DNA from: a virus
Taxonomy: Duplodnaviria; Caudoviricetes
IMG/VR virus record: IMGVR_UViG_3300021354_000009
Coordinates: 1 to 56,419 of that record
DNA: 56,419 bases
Direction: 5' to 3' (one strand)
The position numbers were made by a program, and so were the translations under genes. The notes under the pieces are model-generated. The model searched no databases and was not told the DNA's origin. It saw only the letters and a program-made list of their open reading frames with translations. The stretch's first letter is position 1. Each line of letters starts with the position of its first letter. This document shows positions 27,648 to 35,540 of the stretch, in pieces.

Positions 27648-27861
27648 TGTCTTGTTCCAGATAGTTAACGATACGTATCAATGAGGCGATCATATCTTTG
27701 GCTTGCGACTTAGTGATTATCATGTTAGCTCGTGCGTTTGGCACGTTCAAACTGATCCATACGCCATCTTCATCATATACGTCCACATACATGTAGTGGT
27801 TGTATTCTTTGCCTTTGATGCTTGTGTGAAATTCTTCTGTTGTGATCATGGTGTGCTCCAT
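27634..27861 (-). CDS. Hypothetical protein
   Basis: 75-aa ORF; GGAG lies before the second Met. Confidence 0.6.
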   Translation of the reverse strand: MEHTMITTEEFHTSIKGKEYNHYMYVDVYDEDGVWISLNVPNARANMIITKSQAKDMIASLIRIVNYLEQDNGNS

Positions 27862-28463
27862 TAAGTTTTGGTTAAAGATACTAATTTTGGACGTTGAATA
27901 ACGGTTTGCTTGACGCCATCACGCACGCCATGGTCTTTTACCGTGGCAATGATGGTGGCTGTCTCACCCTTCTCAGGAAAGCCTTTAGCGTTGCCTTTGT
28001 AAATGATGATGTTCTTGTCTGCGTCTTCACAGATGTTGATGTAAATGGTGCCAAAGTTGCTCTCGATATCAATGATGTGAACAACTTTGAGAGTCACTGT
28101 AAGCTTCTCGCCTACGGTGCCCAAGTGAATACGTGAAGCGTTCAAAGAAGCTTGCTTGTCTGCCCACTCTGCTTTGCGTGCTTTGTTCTTCTCAATGTTC
28201 TTTAGAACTGCATTTGCTTGGCCAGAAGTCAATTTGCCGTAGGTGTCATAAGCTTCTGCCAATGAGCCAACAAAACCTTCTTTGTAGCCAGACATGCCAC
28301 CGAAGTCGTCATAGGTGCGACCCATGGAAAGAAAATCCATCATGTCTTGGTGCTCTTTGGCATATGCCTTGGAAAATGTTTTTTGAGCATTAGCAACGAT
28401 GTTGCGCTTGATAGCTTTTTCGTAAGCTACTGGGTTCTCGATGTTTGCTAGTGTGTATGTCAT
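27861..28463 (-). CDS. Hypothetical early protein with probable C-terminal OB-like fold
   Basis: HLGTVGEKLTVTLKV...ATVKDHGVRDGVKQTVIQRPK; has its own promoter. Confidence 0.65.
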   Translation of the reverse strand: MTYTLANIENPVAYEKAIKRNIVANAQKTFSKAYAKEHQDMMDFLSMGRTYDDFGGMSGYKEGFVGSLAEAYDTYGKLTSGQANAVLKNIEKNKARKAEWADKQASLNASRIHLGTVGEKLTVTLKVVHIIDIESNFGTIYINICEDADKNIIIYKGNAKGFPEKGETATIIATVKDHGVRDGVKQTVIQRPKLVSLTKT

Positions 28464-28502
28464 CTTTTACCTTTTTAAACACTGCGTCAGTGCAGTGAAG
28501 TA

Positions 28503-28520
28503 ACTATAACAGAAAATTAG
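28503..28520 (-). promoter_or_regulatory. Extended -10 promoter with overlapping operator-like box
   Basis: CTAATTTTCTGTTATAGT (TGn-TATAGT); the box recurs at 31296, 34184, 38400 and 38435. Confidence 0.65.
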
Positions 28521-28541
28521 ATTATTTACTAGGTGTTTTCA

Positions 28542-28643
28542 CTAATCGTCCTGATCCATCATGAGCATGACCACGGCTACCAAGGCAAAGATCACAAAGC
28601 CCGATGTCATTAATAAAAATATCCAAGCAACTGTCTCTAGCAT
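28542..28643 (-). CDS. Small membrane peptide (33 aa)
   Basis: MLETVAWIFLLMTSGFVIFALVAVVMLMMDQDD; AGGAG RBS. Confidence 0.55.
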   Translation of the reverse strand: MLETVAWIFLLMTSGFVIFALVAVVMLMMDQDD

Positions 28644-28652
28644 GATGTACTC

Positions 28653-29048
28653 CTAAAGTTGTAGTTCAAGTTGTCTGCTTTGGACTGGGCTGTTCTGCCA
28701 CCAGTGGATGCGTATCCTGAGCGATTTAACGTCCCTATGGCTGAGATATGGCACCTTGGTACGCTTCTGTTCATTCTCTTCAAAATAACGTCGTTTTAGA
28801 GCCTTTATGAAGATCTGTGGGTCTAGTCCTATTAGGCTTGCATAGGCGGAGAACATCGAGTCAGTGTTAAAGAAGAATTTCAATGAACCTATGGCATTAC
28901 GGTTCAGGTTGCAATGGTGGACTAGCTCGTCTTCTGTGGGCTCCACGCATAGGTCTTCTATGGCCAAAGCAATAACGCCAGCTATCAAGTGCGCAGAACA
29001 TCTTGTCTCCTCTTCTATGCCCTCATTAGTGCTTATAAGGTCAATCAT
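28653..29048 (-). CDS. Hypothetical protein
   Basis: Likely start MIDLIS at 29048 (ATGA overlap). Confidence 0.6.
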   Translation of the reverse strand: MIDLISTNEGIEEETRCSAHLIAGVIALAIEDLCVEPTEDELVHHCNLNRNAIGSLKFFFNTDSMFSAYASLIGLDPQIFIKALKRRYFEENEQKRTKVPYLSHRDVKSLRIRIHWWQNSPVQSRQLELQL

Positions 29049-29332
29049 GTGTTCTTCTCCATCGGTGGTGTGCAAGTGTGAATATGCCCATCGAAAAGGT
29101 ACTTGCCACAGCGTTGACAGAAGTTGCGCTCTGCCTCCAACTTAGCCAGTCGGTCACCCATTTCACGTATCAGTACACTGGCAACTGCTAGTTCTTCCAT
29201 GAGTCCAGTTACGGTCTTTGCGTACTCGGTATCAAAGTCATCATCAACCTTCTTACGCATAGCCCTGATGTATTCTTGTTTTATACGAGATTCCATCTCT
29301 ATGCGGTTGAACTCCTGATCTTCTGCGTCCAT
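29045..29332 (-). CDS. Hypothetical protein with C-terminal Zn-ribbon
   Basis: RNFCQRCGK...HIHTCTPP. Confidence 0.65.
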   Translation of the reverse strand: MDAEDQEFNRIEMESRIKQEYIRAMRKKVDDDFDTEYAKTVTGLMEELAVASVLIREMGDRLAKLEAERNFCQRCGKYLFDGHIHTCTPPMEKNT

Positions 29333-29334
29333 GG

Positions 29335-29580
29335 TTATTGCCTCTGGCTTGGTATACGGTTACGGATAGCATCACCAAGCTTCTCAATGTCCACGCACTC
29401 GTCTGCTAGCTTGGCGCACTCTTCTCTTTCAATCATGATGGCACGCTTGGTTGTCTCGATAGCCACCGTCATGATCTCCGCCTTGGCAATAGCCAGTTCA
29501 CCGTCAAACTCTTGTTGTGTAAAAAACTTCACATGTTCTTGGCCAAGTATTTGGCGTGCTAGTTGGCTTGTCTCTTTCAT
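29335..29580 (-). CDS. Hypothetical protein
   Basis: EREECAKL...AIRNR motif common in small phage early proteins; GGAGG RBS. Confidence 0.65.
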   Translation of the reverse strand: MKETSQLARQILGQEHVKFFTQQEFDGELAIAKAEIMTVAIETTKRAIMIEREECAKLADECVDIEKLGDAIRNRIPSQRQ

Positions 29581-29744
29581 TACGGCCTCCAAATAAATAG
29601 ATCACAAATAACAACGGCCAAAGCGACTACAAAAATAATTGCCAACAAGATACCGAACTCAGATGGCTTCTTGTGGAACGGCCCCTCGATCACGGGATTC
29701 TTTTCTATGTTCCTTGGAAACATTTTGGTGGTCTGATTAAGCAT
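29580..29744 (-). CDS. Small membrane protein (54 aa)
   Basis: AAGGAG RBS; C-terminal hydrophobic helix ILLAIIFVVALAVVICDLFIWRP. Confidence 0.6.
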   Translation of the reverse strand: MLNQTTKMFPRNIEKNPVIEGPFHKKPSEFGILLAIIFVVALAVVICDLFIWRP

Positions 29745-30096
29745 AAGTTAACTCCTTTGCTGTGATATTACCTAGTGCAAGTTGCTCTTTATACGCGAGT
29801 AAAACGTATTCGTCCATGATGGTTTCTATGGCTCTTTCAGTGCTCTCATTTAGGTCACCGTATCGCATGACTTCACGCAAACCGTAAAGCTTGAACAGGT
29901 TTGCGAACTCACGAGCACGGTTCCATAGCCCGTTGTTGTACAAGTCATAGTACGCATTCACAGCCTTGCGAAAACGCTCTAGGTGCATGTTTTTTGTACG
30001 ACGGTAGGGTACGGCACCCACCATTGGAATCAACGCCTGTAGAGCCTTAGATTCTTCGTTGTACGTACCTCTGTCGTCCCAATATCGATTAGACAT
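29737..30096 (-). CDS. Hypothetical protein
   Basis: Start MSNRYW with GAGG RBS; YYDLYNNGLWN motif. Confidence 0.65.
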   Translation of the reverse strand: MSNRYWDDRGTYNEESKALQALIPMVGAVPYRRTKNMHLERFRKAVNAYYDLYNNGLWNRAREFANLFKLYGLREVMRYGDLNESTERAIETIMDEYVLLAYKEQLALGNITAKELTYA

Positions 30097-30361
30097 ATTC
30101 AACCTCATAAAATTTAGAAATAATCTTGCCAAGCACATGCATGGGTTCTGTGTCGCTAGACCCGTACTCAGACATGCGATCCATGAACTTGTCGCAAGCG
30201 CGAACAGCTTCCCTGAAGTCTTCTGTTGTGTTGAGAACCTGAGCTATGTTTAGGTTCAAGAAGTTAGCGGCATTGCTACTGCCTTTCATGTTGGTGTACA
30301 GATCCCAGTCTTCAGCAGTTAGCTCAAGCCTAATGTGCTTTGATATGGTTACGTTTTTCAT
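30089..30361 (-). CDS. Hypothetical protein
   Basis: About 90 aa, in the early operon. Confidence 0.6.
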   Translation of the reverse strand: MKNVTISKHIRLELTAEDWDLYTNMKGSSNAANFLNLNIAQVLNTTEDFREAVRACDKFMDRMSEYGSSDTEPMHVLGKIISKFYEVEYV

Positions 30362-30362
30362 G

Positions 30363-30620
30363 TTATGCCTCAAATACGATTAAACAGCCTGCGTTTTCCC
30401 ACTCGCAGTACAAGCCATGCTTCTTCAGAACTTCTTCCAACTTGGGGCTAGTGTTCTCACCCTTCCAACGTCCATCACCGTAAGCGTAGTAGTCAGCCCA
30501 CTTGTATGACTCTGGATCTTCTGCACTGATCAAGAATCGACCTTCGTAGTCACTACGCTCGAACACTGGGCAACCCAACTTCTTGAGTTCATTAAATGCT
30601 TTGATAAATGCGCGTTTCAT
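30363..30620 (-). CDS. Hypothetical protein
   Basis: 85 aa; AGGAG RBS; KHGLYCEWENAG. Confidence 0.7.
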   Translation of the reverse strand: MKRAFIKAFNELKKLGCPVFERSDYEGRFLISAEDPESYKWADYYAYGDGRWKGENTSPKLEEVLKKHGLYCEWENAGCLIVFEA

Positions 30621-30634
30621 GTTGTGCTCCTAGT

Positions 30635-30650
30635 GGGGGCCGTAGCCCCC
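30635..30650 (-). promoter_or_regulatory. Stable C(UACG)G hairpin (mRNA stabiliser or terminator)
   Basis: GGGGGC-TACG-GCCCCC directly before an RBS; no U tract on the sense strand. Confidence 0.5.
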
Positions 30651-30656
30651 GTTTGT

Positions 30657-30932
30657 TTAGATGTAATCGCAATCTTCTTTGCGTTTGTCTTTGCCCAAAT
30701 TGAACTGGCGTAATGCTTCGTTCTTGTAGTAATCGGTGCCATGCTTTTGAATAAACTTAAGCAAGTCACGACGTACTTTAATTGGGTGCCAATATTCGCC
30801 TTCAGCGTGTAGGTCTAGCTCATGTAAACATACAAAACACATATCGTCTGCTGTACTGTGAACCATTGGATCAAAGTAAGTGATGTGCTCTACTTTTTTG
30901 AAGTCTTTGTTGATGTCAGACATGTCGCTCAA
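30657..30932 (-). CDS. Hypothetical protein
   Basis: About 90-aa ORF in the operon. Confidence 0.6.
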   Translation of the reverse strand: MSDMSDINKDFKKVEHITYFDPMVHSTADDMCFVCLHELDLHAEGEYWHPIKVRRDLLKFIQKHGTDYYKNEALRQFNLGKDKRKEDCDYI

Positions 30933-30933
30933 C

Positions 30934-31248
30934 TTACGCTGTTGGAGAAACTTTGATCACAGCGATTGAATCGCCACGGAACTGCTCTGCTTGCTCGGCT
31001 GTGATACCGAAGTGAGCCAACAATGCTTCCATGTCGATGGAGCCTTTGCGGTTCTCGATGGTGACGCGAACACCATACTTCTCACCACGGTGCTTGCCTT
31101 CGCCCAATGTGTTGGCGATGCTGTCTTTGAGAGACTTGGTAGTTACCGTCATCTCTTTGATCTGACGATCTAACACTGCAAGTGTGTCAATGTCGTTGGT
31201 GATGGACTCGACTGTTGCGAGGGCTTGGATCTGTGCTACTACTGTCAT
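30934..31248 (-). CDS. Hypothetical early protein
   Basis: 104 aa; AAGGA RBS; has its own promoter. Confidence 0.65.
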   Translation of the reverse strand: MTVVAQIQALATVESITNDIDTLAVLDRQIKEMTVTTKSLKDSIANTLGEGKHRGEKYGVRVTIENRKGSIDMEALLAHFGITAEQAEQFRGDSIAVIKVSPTA

Positions 31249-31292
31249 GATGTTTCCTTTAAGTTAAAACCGCTATCTGTTGCGGTAGAAGA

Positions 31293-31310
31293 ATCATAAC
31301 AAAAAATTAG
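31293..31310 (-). promoter_or_regulatory. Extended -10 promoter with operator-like box
   Basis: CTAATTTTTTGTTATGAT. Confidence 0.6.
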
Positions 31311-31386
31311 AGTTTTGAGCACCCTAAACAGACTATTTTATTGGGACAAACCCTAATACATTACCCTAGTTTGTATACTTGTGTTT

Positions 31387-31659
31387 TCAATTTTGGTTTA
31401 TGTACTCGATGACGTTCTCAATTGTTTTGTTCAAAGCATCGATTTCGTCCATCTTTGCGATAGCCCATGCACGTCTCTCACCATGCCAACCCATCTTGCT
31501 ACCTTGGTGGCACGACTTACAAAGGGCCACCACCGTGTATTGCCTATGCTGTTTGACGTGGTGTGCATCGCTTGGTCCAGATGCTTCACATACGGAGCAT
31601 GGCATGAGCTTTACTAAGCCTACGTATGCTTTTTCTTTTGCGCTTAGTGTGTTATTCAT
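31387..31659 (-). CDS. HNH-like Zn-binding nuclease (Ref/DUF968-like)
   Basis: CSVC...DAHH...VALCKSCHQG..GWH. Confidence 0.7.
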   Translation of the reverse strand: MNNTLSAKEKAYVGLVKLMPCSVCEASGPSDAHHVKQHRQYTVVALCKSCHQGSKMGWHGERRAWAIAKMDEIDALNKTIENVIEYINQN

Positions 31660-32731
31660 TGCTTCCTACATATTCGTGGCAATAGCAAATTCTGTTTGCA
31701 TGTTTTTCCATAAGCTCTTTGGAATAGAACGTGTTGGTTTTATTCTTGATAGAACGTGCGTATTGTTTTGATCTGTCTTCCATGTTGTGCGTGGTAGCTC
31801 TCCAATTCTTGGATTTGTTTCTGTACTCACCCAACCGTAAGTGACCAGTCTTTGAGAAGTAACGTAACCCGTTCTGGATGTGTAGTTCGCCCATAGCATC
31901 GCTTAATCTCACGCCTAAGCCTAACCCTTGGAAGTCTGGCAATATCACTGTCCTATGGCCTTTCCATGCGTTTGTTAAGGATCCTGATGGAAGAGTGATA
32001 ACTGCGGTAAATCCAACAACCGTTCCTTCCCATGTTGCGATCCAACATCGTGAACTCTTATTGATGTTCCCTGTGAGATAGTGATGGTGGCGAAACATTT
32101 TCCAAGCTTCGATTGAACAAGGAAGTATTTCCAATTGAACTTCTGGCCGAACTGACCCCCTTCCGACTGTCAGTCGGTTTGTTGTTGTGTCGTACACCCA
32201 ATCAGGTTGCAACCATTCAATGATGTCGTAATGACACGACGCAAAGACTATGTTCTTTAACTTTGTGTTATCGACATAGCGCCTGATTGCGTATGCACAA
32301 GACTTTGCTACGTTTCTATCAACCACGCTCGTGAACTCGTCAATGATGGCGTTGTCTTTGAGCCTCATGGCCAAGTCAGCACGGAACTTCTCACCCGTTG
32401 ACAGTACGTGGTATGGCCTGAGCCATGACGGTATCGAGTTAAAGCCAACGGCACTGAGCTTTTCTTGTGCTTGGGTTGCATCTGAAAAGTGTGAGCAAAT
32501 TGCTTTGCTTTCGTCCCAAACGATTTGCTCTTCGCTTCCGAACTTTCCAAGCATCGATGACTTACCACTACCACTTGCTCCAACGATTAACCCAATGCCA
32601 TATTCCTTTGGAAGATCTGGCATGTACGGAACGTTGAACTTTGTTTTGCCCTCAAACTCATAGTCAAAAGATTGTGATATCTCTTTGGTTATGTCGTCTT
32701 GTATTACGCTTGATACCAATGTATTTGTCAT
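31652..32731 (-). CDS. ABC-type ATPase fused to GNAT acetyltransferase
   Basis: Walker A GASGSGKS, signature LSTGE, Walker B IIDEF, H-loop ASCH; GNAT acetyl-CoA motif VILPDFQGLGLG. Confidence 0.88.
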   Translation of the reverse strand: MTNTLVSSVIQDDITKEISQSFDYEFEGKTKFNVPYMPDLPKEYGIGLIVGASGSGKSSMLGKFGSEEQIVWDESKAICSHFSDATQAQEKLSAVGFNSIPSWLRPYHVLSTGEKFRADLAMRLKDNAIIDEFTSVVDRNVAKSCAYAIRRYVDNTKLKNIVFASCHYDIIEWLQPDWVYDTTTNRLTVGRGSVRPEVQLEILPCSIEAWKMFRHHHYLTGNINKSSRCWIATWEGTVVGFTAVITLPSGSLTNAWKGHRTVILPDFQGLGLGVRLSDAMGELHIQNGLRYFSKTGHLRLGEYRNKSKNWRATTHNMEDRSKQYARSIKNKTNTFYSKELMEKHANRICYCHEYVGSNE

Positions 32732-32742
32732 GGGTACTCCAG

Positions 32743-33081
32743 TTAAGCAACTGATCTGTCCATGAGACGGTTAGACGCCTCTAATGAGCGCCAGACCTCT
32801 ACACGAGCTTGTGCCGATATCAACCCCCACCGAAAGCCTTCTGCGACTTCTACGGCTGTTCTGAGGTCTTCTAGGTGCTGTACGTACTTGGCGTCTGCAT
32901 AGGCTCTCATCTCTGCGTTTGCTACAGACCTAGCACCGTCAGACATGGCTTGTGTCATGAGCATAGCTTTCAAAGTCTTGCGGTACTCTTCCAAGTAAAC
33001 AAGGTTAGCCTTTGCTTGGGCGTACTTTTGTCCATGTGTGTAGATGTAATCTACTGCGTCGTTAATCTCTTTTTGACTCAT
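32743..33081 (-). CDS. Conserved helical phage protein
   Basis: 112 aa; AEMRAYAD...RVEVWRSLEASNR. Confidence 0.65.
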   Translation of the reverse strand: MSQKEINDAVDYIYTHGQKYAQAKANLVYLEEYRKTLKAMLMTQAMSDGARSVANAEMRAYADAKYVQHLEDLRTAVEVAEGFRWGLISAQARVEVWRSLEASNRLMDRSVA

Positions 33082-33238
33082 CTGTTTCTCCAATAATTTT
33101 TAAATTTTGCAAATGTTTGTTGTATCCAACAATTTCACCGTAGTCATAACCCACATCCCATGCACTCTCCATGGCCGTGATAATTTTCTCTTCTACTCCT
33201 ACGCTTCTTAAAAGCGTAACCATTTCCTCCTTTTTCAT
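33062..33238 (-). CDS. Hypothetical 58-aa protein
   Basis: MKKEEMVTLLRSVGVEEK; ATGA overlap; fills the gap between neighbours. Confidence 0.55.
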   Translation of the reverse strand: MKKEEMVTLLRSVGVEEKIITAMESAWDVGYDYGEIVGYNKHLQNLKIIGETDESKRD

Positions 33239-33693
33239 AACCCATACCTCGCAATTAAAGCCGCATCCGCTAACGCTTGGCCTTGACCTTTCTTATCCAA
33301 CTCTCTCCAATGTGGCCACATCTGTATCGCCAATGACCGAGCCGAATCCTTGTCCTTGTTTGTCAGGTGTGCACGCATCTTCCACATTTGTGGGGTGACA
33401 TAGGTAACAGGTATCTCAAACGCGCCTAGGACGCCCGAAATCACGCCACAAGAGTGTCCAAAGGAGAACATGCTTGATACCCCTTGCTTGGGCATAGCGT
33501 GCACTTGCTCGACATATGCAAATACTTTGCTGTCGTTTCCATAGCCACGAAGCAATGACGCCAATGCAACTGCGTTAACGCGGTTCTGGGATCCAATCTT
33601 CATCGTTGGCATCAAAGCCCACTCAACTGGGATGTTGTCTTCAAGCACAACGATTGCGCCCGAAATGCCTGGGTCTATTCCTATTCTTCTCAT
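33235..33693 (-). CDS. RuvC-like Holliday junction resolvase
   Basis: IGIDPG...YVEQV...FSFG...VTPQMWK...ADAALIA. Confidence 0.88.
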   Translation of the reverse strand: MRRIGIDPGISGAIVVLEDNIPVEWALMPTMKIGSQNRVNAVALASLLRGYGNDSKVFAYVEQVHAMPKQGVSSMFSFGHSCGVISGVLGAFEIPVTYVTPQMWKMRAHLTNKDKDSARSLAIQMWPHWRELDKKGQGQALADAALIARYGL

Positions 33694-33974
33694 TTTTTAC
33701 CTTTCAGTTGTATCCAATCACATCTTTGCAAAATAAACTTTAACGACGGTTGAGGCTTACCCTTCCTATCAACGATTTTTGGGCAAGTTCCATGCTTCAT
33801 ATCAAATAACTTGCACTCAAAGCAAAGACGCCTATCGTCTTGGGGATCTGCGTCACGGTTAAACAACTTGTCCGCCAGTTCCCAAGCTTGTTCTTGAGCC
33901 ATCCCATGAGCCATGAACGCTTGTGTTCGCCTGTCGTGTTTGGCAGTTGCTATTTTGATCTCGTCTTCAGTCAT
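33690..33974 (-). CDS. Hypothetical Cys-rich protein
   Basis: DDRRLCFEC...C...LQRC. Confidence 0.65.
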   Translation of the reverse strand: MTEDEIKIATAKHDRRTQAFMAHGMAQEQAWELADKLFNRDADPQDDRRLCFECKLFDMKHGTCPKIVDRKGKPQPSLKFILQRCDWIQLKGKK

Positions 33975-34144
33975 GCCCAGTTCGCAATCATGTGATCCAT
34001 AAATTCTTCAAACATGTCGCCACTCTCAACGATGCGCTCAACCTTTTGTTTAGTCCAAGCATCGCAACGCTCAGAGATAAATGCGTAGTACTCAGCATCA
34101 AAGTCACCACACTCAAATTGGCATTTAAACATTGACTCATTCAT
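33971..34144 (-). CDS. Hypothetical acidic protein
   Basis: Start MNESMF with AAGGAG RBS. Confidence 0.6.
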   Translation of the reverse strand: MNESMFKCQFECGDFDAEYYAFISERCDAWTKQKVERIVESGDMFEEFMDHMIANWA

Positions 34145-34180
34145 CTTTTTCTCCTTTACCCACAACATCGTGGTGATCAC

Positions 34181-34198
34181 ACTATAACAGGAAATTAC
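34181..34198 (-). promoter_or_regulatory. Extended -10 promoter with operator-like box
   Basis: GTAATTTCCTGTTATAGT. Confidence 0.6.
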
Positions 34199-34499
34199 AG
34201 TTACAAGTTAAAAAAAAGGCACCCACCCGTATTTCTTTTTGTCTTGCTTGGACTCCCTCAATACCTTTCACCCAAAGACCCCCCTACCCCCAGAGAGAGT
34301 AGAAAGGAGAAGGTGCTTCACCCCTGTAAACAGGATCATCATGCGAACGTAAGTTCTGCCCCCGACTTGATGATTCGACCAGTCGCACGGGTTGTTCGGG
34401 AACTGCCCCCTAGACTTGCGTCATACCGTGTACGCTTTCCTTCCGCGCCACCACGATTGAGGTGCTTGCTAACGTGCGGAGTACGGGTAAAGCAAAAAG

Positions 34500-34648
34500 C
34501 AAAAAACCCATTGGTGAACGAGCTTTAGGCTTGGTTGCCGCATAGAGAGGTGCCAAACCACGTTCTCTAGCTTTGACGAAGCCCGCTCACCAATGGGTTT
34601 GCGGATGTCGTTTGTTTGGAAACTACAACGGTTTACCAGACCGTTGAT
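34500..34648 (-). ncRNA. Structured RNA, C4/P4-CI antisense-like
   Basis: 22-bp closing stem (34504-34525 / 34579-34600) that pairs fully, with G-U, only on the minus strand; two inner hairpins; leader hairpin 34626-34646; U tract. Confidence 0.6.
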
Positions 34649-34654
34649 ATGCTG

Positions 34655-34685
34655 ATTATAGCTACGTTGTAGCAACTCGTGTCAA
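34655..34685 (-). promoter_or_regulatory. Sigma70-type promoter, 19-bp spacer
   Basis: TTGACA-19-TATAAT with perfect hexamers; the spacer contains GCTAC-N3-GTAGC. Confidence 0.65.
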
Positions 34686-35540
34686 TACCTCTTTTCGTAA
34701 ATCCATAACTTTTTTTACAACTGCCATCAAACCACGCTTATCGTGTAGATCATTGACGTCATATCCGACCTCATCTGCCATCGTCCAAGGCAACCCAGTC
34801 TCAATAGCAGACTTCTCACCAGTCTTGCTCACATCGTTGTCTGCAAAGATAAAACAATCGCCTTTGACTTGACTAGCAACTTGAACCATGTTGATGGCAG
34901 AAAAGCACACCATCACAGAACTGTTTAAACCGACGCTACGCAAGGCTTTATGCAAGGATAGACCTGTGGAGTAACCCTCGACCAACCACACCTCTGGAGC
35001 CTCTCTAGACCCCATCAAGAGCACCGCGTTCTTAGCACGCATACCGTGGAGCATCTTCTTGTTGTACTTGCGATTTGGTTCGTCCCAATAGATCTCTTGG
35101 TAACCTTGTAACTTACCCGTCACTACGTTACGCATAGGCACCAACAACTTACCGTCCAAAACATAGCCTTGCATGTCTTTAAAGCCTTTGATCTCCAAGT
35201 ATGGGTGGCTTTCCATCTTGGCAGAACGCAACGTGTTGGTAGCTTTCTCAGACGCCATGTCGTATGAACGGTTCTTGTCAGCATTTAACACTTGGCGCTT
35301 TGCCATCCAATCACGCTTCTCTTGTTCAGACCAAGGCTTGGCATTTGGGTCTTCGTACCAGATAACTCTGGCTTCTTCTGCCCAGTTCATCACCCACCCA
35401 CGTTTGCCATCGTAGAAGAACGCACCGTTGGTGGACTTAGGCTTATCAAGCGTCCCACACCGACGAATACGCTCAGATGGGTATAGGTTGTTTAAATCAA
35501 TCTCTACGCCATGGGCGCGTGCAAAGTTAATAAAGCTCAT
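34662..35540 (-). CDS. Toprim-domain DNA primase
   Basis: HPYLEIKG, LLVPMR, LVEGYSTGLS, IFADND and YDVND motifs. Confidence 0.88.
   Translation of the reverse strand: MSFINFARAHGVEIDLNNLYPSERIRRCGTLDKPKSTNGAFFYDGKRGWVMNWAEEARVIWYEDPNAKPWSEQEKRDWMAKRQVLNADKNRSYDMASEKATNTLRSAKMESHPYLEIKGFKDMQGYVLDGKLLVPMRNVVTGKLQGYQEIYWDEPNRKYNKKMLHGMRAKNAVLLMGSREAPEVWLVEGYSTGLSLHKALRSVGLNSSVMVCFSAINMVQVASQVKGDCFIFADNDVSKTGEKSAIETGLPWTMADEVGYDVNDLHDKRGLMAVVKKVMDLRKEVLTRVATT

Noticed and set aside
32150-32170. G-run at the ABC/GNAT junction as a frameshift site
   Set aside because: The ORF is already continuous in frame.
34244-34675. ORFs 34244..34528 (+) and 34469..34675 (-)
   Set aside because: No clear RBS, atypical composition, and they overlap the structured RNA and promoter.
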